Shown here piece after piece: positions 27,101 through 34,331 of a DNA stretch of 34,331 bases (within the stretch, counting starts at the first letter, position 1; each line of letters opens with the position of its first letter). Made by a program: the position numbers and the translations under genes. The stretch spans positions 1-34,331 of the forward strand of contig LPNZ01008459.1 of NCBI GenBank assembly GCA_001655205.1. The letters are read 5' to 3'. The notes under the pieces are model-generated. The model searched no databases. It was not told the origin of the DNA and saw nothing but the letters and a program-made list of their open reading frames with translations. This DNA is from Lenisia limosa (Eukaryota; Protista; Breviatea).

Positions 27101-28953
27101 GATGCTTTTGTTCACCTCTTAGTTGTTGCTGGAGTGATTGGAACCAAGAAAGTGGCTTATGATCTTTGGGGAGACGCCGTCAATACCGCATCAAGAATGC
27201 AGTCAACGTGCGCCATTGTTACTTCACAACATTCTCAATTCCTTGAGAGTTTTAACTTTTTAGTGGTATTCCAGGCTACATCCAAGTGTCGTACTCCTCT
27301 TATTCCTACCTGAAGGATATTTTCCTCTTTGACAGACGAGGGCCTATTGCTGTAAAAGGCAAGCGGGGTGAACTGTAGCATCTCAAAAGTCAGAATTGAT
27401 AAGTAAAATCTAACCCCCCCCCCCCCNNNNNNNNNNNNNNNNNNNNNNNNNNNNNNNNNNNNNNNNNNNNNNNNNNNNNNNTTATTGATGATGAGACTGG
27501 TCAGAGGTACTCAGACAGGAACGGCAGGTTCCTTTGGACAAGAATCGGCTCACATTTGAGAAACTGGTGAGCTTCAGGATAGTATTTAGTTAATCAACGA
27601 AACTGTCTAATATTCAGGTGGGAGTATTTGGAAGATATTTCGAACCGAAACGACAAAGATGACAACGTGACCCCTCCAGCAATTTTGAGAGCAAAACAAC
27701 TGTGAGTTAGGATCCAAGGTGAATGATTAATTGTCCAAAATTGCACGTTCTCACGAAGTAGTGAGTCAACCCAGCGTTTGTCTGCGCCACGTAAGGGAAC
27801 CAAAACGGAGGTGGCTATCAAGCCGGACTCCCCAGAGCCTTTTAGGTACCCATACTGCTACACCACACTGTGTTACATATATCAACTCACTAACCTCCCA
27901 AGGTTTGGTAAAACGAAAACGCGTCAGAATGCCACCGGATTCTGTCTTGGAGAACAGGAAGTTTCCAGAGTGGGGGGGGGGTACACTTTGGGCTTCACTT
28001 CAGTTCGAAAAAAGCTTTCTCGATAAATCCTTGAAAATTATCGATATTTTACTTGTCTTTTTCGAGCTAAAGTGAAGCCTTACCTACACTCAATACCAAG
28101 AGATCACTCCTTTAATGGCAACCTCTTATGAGACAGGCAAGCAGTAGACGAAAGTCTTTGGAGCAGCGAACATCTGTGTTTGATGAAGGTTTGTGCTACT
28201 TCGGAGGTGGAAATGAACGTTTACCACTACAGATCGACTCAGACAATCACACAGTCGATTGGAAAGGGCAGAGGAAATTGAAACCAAACCCAAGGTAAGA
28301 AATTCTCATTGTTTCTGATCTTTGGGTTAAAAGTTATTGTCTTCAATAATCACTTTTTTTAGAAGAAACCAGAGGTTCCGGCACACACACGGCTCTATGT
28401 TGCCCCGCCAAACATAAAGCCAAAGGTAGATAGTCCACTATATCAAATCCAAAATCTTTATGCATTGAGTGCCATTACCCATCCCCAGAAAAAGGCAGTC
28501 AGTGGTGCCGAATACCGAACGCAGCTGCGCGACCGTCTGAACGACCTCGTTTTAGCTAGTGTAGGCCGCATTTTCATATTTATGTCATGACCCTGCAGTC
28601 GCCTGGGGTGCCGGCGGACTTTAAGGCATCGCACCGGCCGCTTGTGGCCAAGTCCACCAGGGCACCGTCAGCGGCTTCCAATTCCCGGCCCAACTCAGCC
28701 ACCAAATCTTTCAGGCCGGCATCGGCAACCAGGTGGGTGGCGATCTTATGATCTTTGATCTGATATTGAAGAAAAAAGGTCCCTCCTCCATCCTCGGCAC
28801 CCCTCAGTCGGCCAAAGCCAGTCCGGGCCAAGTCGCGTGCGGTCGAGCCATCCAGTAGGGCATTTGGACATATATGACCCTTGTCTTTCTTCCGCTCTAT
28901 TTGGGAATGCCGTTCACCGTGTAGATGACCCTGTTGATATGGACGATCTGTAG
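24195..28953 (+). CDS. H-NOX(HNOB)-like + HNOBA/PAS + class III nucleotidyl cyclase with adenylyl-type specificity residues; long disordered C-tail
   Basis: H-NOX-like helices [25 protein letters not shown]...[12 protein letters not shown]...[33 protein letters not shown]...LMLRGRLM. Signalling helix [21 protein letters not shown]. Cyclase [64 protein letters not shown]. The last exon gives [10 protein letters not shown] possible extra exon at about 24094-24148 means the start may be upstream. Two N-gaps lie inside the gene. Confidence 0.88.
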
Positions 28954-29436
28954 TGGGTTCTGATCACCCTAATTGTATCATGGTTTTGATGTGTTTTCTT
29001 GATGTATACTATTTGTTTCACTGAAGGTTCATAAGAGTTTGAGTGATTTCTGTTGTGTGCCTGCTGTGTGTCTGCTGTCCGTGTTCGACGTTTGAAGTTT
29101 GCCACTCCACTAAACAACTGTATGTAAAACTGTAAACCCCAGGCAATCTAGGCAACCAATGGGCAACAAAAGGGTTCCTGACTGGCTCCTATACGCTCCT
29201 ATTATTGCCCTCCTCACATTCACATAACTGGAACCCAGCAACACAGATCACTCAGATCATTTATAAAAACGGCCGGATTTTTTTTTTTTTTTTTTGAGGA
29301 AGAANNNNNNNNNNNNNNNNNNNNNNNNNNNNNNNNNNNNNNNNNNNNNNNNNNNNNNNNNNACAAGGAGAAATATTTATGGTTTAAAAAGCCATTAAAC
29401 GCAGTATCATACGCTCGGTTTAATTATATCATCAAG

Positions 29437-32400
29437 ATGCTGAGACACGTTTCTCAAAGGATGCTCCTTGTCTTTTTGGCACTCTTTATGACGTTACAGG
29501 TGAGAATACGAAAATGTGGAATGTTTGGGTTGTTTATTTTTCTCAATAGATTTGGTTGTCTCAAAGAATTTTCCCTTTGCTCCTTCTCTCACTGTCTATG
29601 GCCATTGCATATTCACAGATTTTTCTAAATAATAATAAAAAAAACAAGTTTGTTCAGTTTAATCCCTTAGATCTCTAGAGCTGTCAAGATTTCCAACTGG
29701 ATTGTTCAGGTTTGGCTTGGTCTTGCGAGGGTTCCACACAGGTCCATATTATTACATTGACTAATTACATATATATTTTGATAGTTTGATAGTTTCAAGA
29801 TGATCGCTTCATAACAGCACATAGTTTGCTCGCTATGATTGCTAAATACGTCTGTAATCATAACACACACGCAGGACTTTGCATTGAGAGATGACACCGC
29901 CACACAGCCTTCCATGACATCTGTCGGACTTACTGGTGCGATGATTTGCTTTCCCCATGTCATCCTTTGAACTTTCTCATCACTGTCTTCTCGTGGAATG
30001 GCATCTGATGACATAGGAACGGGAGTGACAATGGGACTCGTGCATAAGGGTGTCGACCACAACCACTGCATGTTCACAGACGATAACGCACCCGGTAAGG
30101 CAACGAAGGATTGATGTTTTAATTCTCCAGCTCCTTTCCAGAAGAGAGCTTCCTCTGGCAACCCCTCCATTCACAGAAAAGTAGGAAGGTTTTCTGTATT
30201 ATTTAAGAGGCTGTCATCTATTGGTGGGAATCTTACACCCTAGTTTTCCAGCTATTTAGCCGTCGGAGACACTTCGGACGAATATAATGGAGAGGGGACC
30301 CACATTGCCTCCATTATGACGGGACATACCAGGTTTGACAATAAAGAACTCACATACTCTCGCTCCCTTTTCTAGTGCATCTAGTCTTGACTCCCTTTTC
30401 ACACTCTAGAGCATCTAGTCTTGACTCCTTCAATGGAATTGCTCCTACTGCTTCTGTAAGTTTTTACTGCTTTGCTGTCAAGTTTACTCTCAAGCTTGCC
30501 GTTGTCGATGTTGCTGTTGAGGATGCAGTCAGCTCTACGGAGGCTGAGAAGGTCACTGTAAGCATTCTGGATTACTGAATGCATAGTCTTACACTTTTTA
30601 CTATCCAGGAAAATTTGACTAAACTCCACTCTGCTGGCGTTCGTGTTACTCTGTAGGATTTCTATTAGTAAATTGATAAAGACGGGTAGATATTACTTTT
30701 GAGTTCCTGATAACCTTAACCTCTTCCTACAGGCTTCCAGAATTTGTTGATCAAGGTTACGGAAAAACGTCGGTTGTTACTCAGTTGGATAATGTGGGTG
30801 GTGGGGTGAGGACAGCTTGCTGTTGATCTGACCGCTTTGACATTTCAGTTCATCTCCAACAACCCTGACCATGTTGTCGTCGTTTCAGTTGGGTCCCACG
30901 GCCCCTTCAACTCTGGTCTCAAGTCTCTGGGTAAGTCCTACGGTTCCATGCCCATCTCACCGTGCAGCTAACTCAAAGAACGCTATCGTTGTTGGCACTG
31001 CCACTGGTCTTGCCTCTACCACCTACGGTTTGAGTGCAGTGTGGTCCTACATGATTTACTTGAGTTTTCACACCCTAGGCGCCGACTTGTCTGTTTCTGC
31101 AGTGAAGGACCAAGTAAGCCGCATAACATGCTATCTTTTTTGGTATCAATCACTCATCGTAATCGTAATCTCATGCCCTTCACTAATCGTAATCGTAGCT
31201 CTGCCCCATGAATGTCATGCCCTTCAATGAGGAGTTTTGCAGTTCTTTGGGCGAAACTACTCCCTGTGTAAGTGCAACTGNNNNNNNNNNNNNNNNNNNN
31301 NNNNNNNNNNNNNNNNNNNNNNNNNNNNNNNNNNNNNNNNNNNNNNNNNNNNNNNNNNNNNNNNNNNNNNNNNNNNNNNNNNNNNNNNNNNNNNNNNNNN
31401 NNNNNNNNNNNNNNNNNNNNNNNNNNNNNNNNNNNNNNNNNNNNNNNNNNNNNNNNNNNNNNNNNNNNNNNNNNNNNNNNNNNNNNNNNNNNNNNNNNNN
31501 NNNNNNNNNNNNNNNNNNNNNNNNNTGGGCTGCACTTCAGAGATTCAGCACGCCGCACTCCGCGTTTGGTCTTCTTCCGCCCGCGGACCCTCTTTTGATG
31601 GCAAAATCAAGGTGTGCTACCGGGGCTATCCACTCTATTTCTGCCTGGTTTACCATTACAGCCCGACATGATTGCGCCAGGCGTAAACGTTCGCGCAGCC
31701 AAGAGTCTTGGACTTCGCAGCGCAGCGTCCGCTTCTTGTACTGAGGTATGTGGGTTGCCGGGTGGAGTGGTATTGCTTTAAACGTCTTTACCTCCAGGAC
31801 GACCTAACAACACACTCCGGGGGTGACGTGGCAGGAGCGGCTGTTGCCGGCGCTGCGGCAATCGTCAAACAGTACTTCAATGATGGCTTCATGGAGACTG
31901 GTTTGTCAGCCCTTTAGAACGCAGAAGTGACCCTTCAGGCATCAGTGGAGGAGCATCAGTCAGTGCTTCCGCTGCCCTTGTCAAGGCTGTTCTGGCTGCC
32001 GGTGCCACGGGGCTTTACGGACCAATTGCCCTCCATCAAGGGGGCGAGTATGTCGAAACTCCCATCAACTCAGGACACGACAACGAGCAAGTGAGCGGCA
32101 GCGGGATGGGGGATGGGCTGTGTTGGAAGATTTGTTTCTCTTTAAAATTGTATTGTGGAAGATTTGTTACTTTTTAGGGAGCTGGTCTCATCAACCTCTC
32201 AAAGTCTCTTCCCCTTCAAGGTCAGAAGAGGGGCGGTGTGTTTTAATGTGGCGTGTATCTTTGTTCAATAATGTGTTTCGATGGCCAAAATGTTCCCGTT
32301 ATCACGCCTCAGCCCATCGTGCTAGTGGGGCCTCCCCCTTTTACTACGTCACCTCCATTGGAGCTCGCCAAATTAAAACTGCAGCCAATTTCACTGTGGG

Positions 32401-34331
32401 AAGGGGGTTGAATTATTTTTAATAAAAACAGAAACAAGATAGAAATTTAGGACCATATTTCAGGTAAGGTTTATATTAGAGCCTGAAGTCCCTATTTGAC
32501 CTTTTTAAGGCATCATCAACTGGGGCAGTTCGGGTGGTGGTGGCCTGGACGGATGCGACCACTGCGTCGGCCAACATTGTAAGCCATGCTGCTTCTTGCT
32601 GACAACTGACTTCTCCAGCCTCTCGCAGCTGACTTGGACGTTACCATTTGGAGCGACTCTGATTCCACCAAGTACCCCATCAACGCGGTAGAAAGCCCTG
32701 AAACCGGTCTCTACTCCGATTCCGTATGCCTCTTTTTTCCATGTTCGCATAACTCCATAGGTCAATAACATGGAAATCGTCGACTTCACGGCCAAGGCTG
32801 GTGTGACTTATGAGATCCGTGTCCACTCCAGTGACATCGGTAAGAATAGCTCTAGTTGTCTTATATCATATTGTCATATTAATCGTCTACAGGAAGCTCA
32901 GTGACCTTCCCTGTTGTTGTCGTTGGTCGAGACCTCACCTTCAACGTTATTGACACGGACACCACATGCAGCATTGCGACCTGGGGCGAAGACTGCGGTG
33001 AGTGGCAAGTCTTTCTTCTCTCTTGAGGGCTCGTTTGACTCTTCAGCCAAGTCAACCTGTATCGGCATTTGCGCCAATGGTGGAGTCTGTGAGGCTGGTG
33101 TCTGCCAGTGTGTTTCCGGCTTCTCAGGTATGCCTTCAGACCTGAAGTGAAGCAGCTGACACCCCAGGTGCCAATTGTGATGTTGTGCCAACCTGCTCTC
33201 TCACTTCGCAATGCAATGACGGCACGTGCCTTAGCGGCGATACCTGCCTCTGTTACAGCGTGGGGGGGGGGGGNNNNNNNNNNNNNNNNNNNNNNNNNNN
33301 NNNNNNNNNNNNNNNNNNNNNNNNNNNNNNNNNNNNNNNNNNNNNNNNNNNNNNNNNNNNNNTGATATATATATATCATAACTACATGACATACATATAT
33401 ATATCATATGATATGATATATAGTATGTAACCAATACAGGGCTTTGGCAACTTCTGCGACCAACTCCAGAACTCAACGTAAGCTTTTTTTTGTGCTTAAT
33501 TGGGTGAATGCAGTTTTTAAAACAAATACTTGAACAAACAAAATCATCCGAATCACTAAAGCTCCAGAATGGCTACCCAGCTGTTTGTCCCCAATGGAGT
33601 TGACATTGTCGTCACAGTTGATATTGTAAGTACCACATGTACCAATGACATTTCAGCCCATGAGCCACGACCGAACCTTTGTTTTCCATGCCCAAGACAC
33701 GCAACCGACAATGCCGGATACCAAGGTCGGAGCCGCAGCGATCATAGATCTGATATTGACTTTTCAGTGGACCCTCAACGGTGTCGGTACTTTCAGCAGC
33801 TCTTTTGTAACTCTTGACAAAACTGGAGTATTAGGGATGTCACTTTATCTGGCCGGCTGTTTTTTTTTCTTACAGTTTCAGACGATTCGCCACATCATCG
33901 ACAACACAGAAGTGACAGGCACCACCAAATTCCTGACTGTTGTTGTTGCAGCTGGAGACTATGGTTTGCCTTCTTCAACTGTCTCGAACATTCTTTTGGT
34001 TCTCACGGAACACTATATTTTTATGGATTTTTGATAATAATCCCGACAGGACAGCTCCATGTTGGCCAATCAGCCCTCAACAAACAATGCTCATTAATAG
34101 GAGCTACTGGACAGGCCTACCCCGTAAGTCATCACACTAGCGTATTACGTTGACCCCCCCAGTGCCCTTGTTCCACTGGGTTCACAGGAGACCGATGTGA
34201 CACCTGCGACACGGGCTACTATGGTGACGAGTGTCAGTACCAACACGGCTGCCCGTCAACGTACAAGTGTGTAGTAGTACTATTATTCAATACCTCTTAT
34301 AAGCGTGGCCTTGTATCATTTCTCCTTTCCA
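29437..34331 (+). CDS. Secreted KP-43-type subtilase (S8) homologue with substituted catalytic triad, beta-barrel domain and EGF-like repeats; 3'-incomplete
   Basis: Signal peptide MLRHVSQRMLLVFLALFMTLQ. S8 scaffold motifs GLTGTGVTMGLVHKGVDHNHCMF, NGEGTHIASIMTG, NGIAPTA, VVVSVGSHG, ANSKNAIVVG, SSARGPSFDGKIKPDMIAPG, SGGDVAGAAVAGAAAIVKQYF. KP-43-like C-domain VVVAWTD...DLDV...VNNMEIV. EGF-like CANGGVCEAGVCQCVSGFSG and CPCSTGFTGDRCDTCDTGYYGDEC. Confidence 0.87.
30363..30428 (+). repeat. Local tandem duplication of a 3' splice-site region
   Basis: The exact 18-mer GCATCTAGTCTTGACTCC occurs at 30377-30394 and 30411-30428. Each copy follows a pyrimidine tract ending in CTAG. Confidence 0.85.
33363..33427. 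repeat. Intronic AT-rich self-complementary tract
   Basis: Palindromes TGATATATATATATCA (33363-33378) and ATATCATATGATAT (33401-33414), next to an N-gap. Confidence 0.8.

Noticed and set aside
28552-28554. TAG as the end of the cyclase gene (likewise TGA 11874-11876 for the CHERP-like gene)
   Set aside because: Each overlaps a plausible donor, and the downstream exons splice in frame to later stops, so the longer models were preferred. These remain unverified without cDNA.
29141-29210. GGCAA repeats, CCAAT and CTCCTAT repeats upstream of the subtilase gene as promoter elements (RFX X-box considered)
   Set aside because: The half-sites are direct rather than inverted, so they do not form an X-box. 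The motifs are too short to support without TSS data.
29706-30170. 154-aa minus-strand ORF, and other antisense ORFs such as 28580-28831, 10393-10611 and 21582-21899
   Set aside because: They lie opposite well-supported plus-strand exons and have no recognisable motifs, so they are best explained as antisense shadows.

Overview
This is a compact, very intron-rich eukaryotic (protist-like) window of about 42% GC by eye, with 12 N-gaps. Introns I could reconstruct run from 32 to about 270 nt, many with relaxed GT donors, so the six-frame ORF track only shows exon fragments or antisense shadows. Manual splicing gives 11 protein-coding genes, in order: C2-C2-RasGAP-PH (+), GET3/ASNA1 (-), an RRM-SURP-CID CHERP-like factor (+), APC11 (-), RPL27A/uL15 (+), a kinesin-3-like motor (-), VPS28 (+), NC2-alpha/DRAP1 (+), a TVP18-like membrane protein (-), an H-NOX-HNOBA-cyclase protein (+), and a large secreted subtilase-EGF protein that runs off the right edge (+). 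Two genes stand out. (1) The KP-43-type subtilase has its Asp/His/Ser triad replaced by His/Glu/Asp, its oxyanion Asn replaced by Ser, and no propeptide. (2) The cyclase has soluble-guanylyl-cyclase architecture, but its catalytic domain carries adenylyl-type specificity residues and its H-NOX domain appears to lack the heme-ligating His. All exon joins and alignments were done by eye without database searches. I found no tRNA, rRNA, CRISPR array or transposon.
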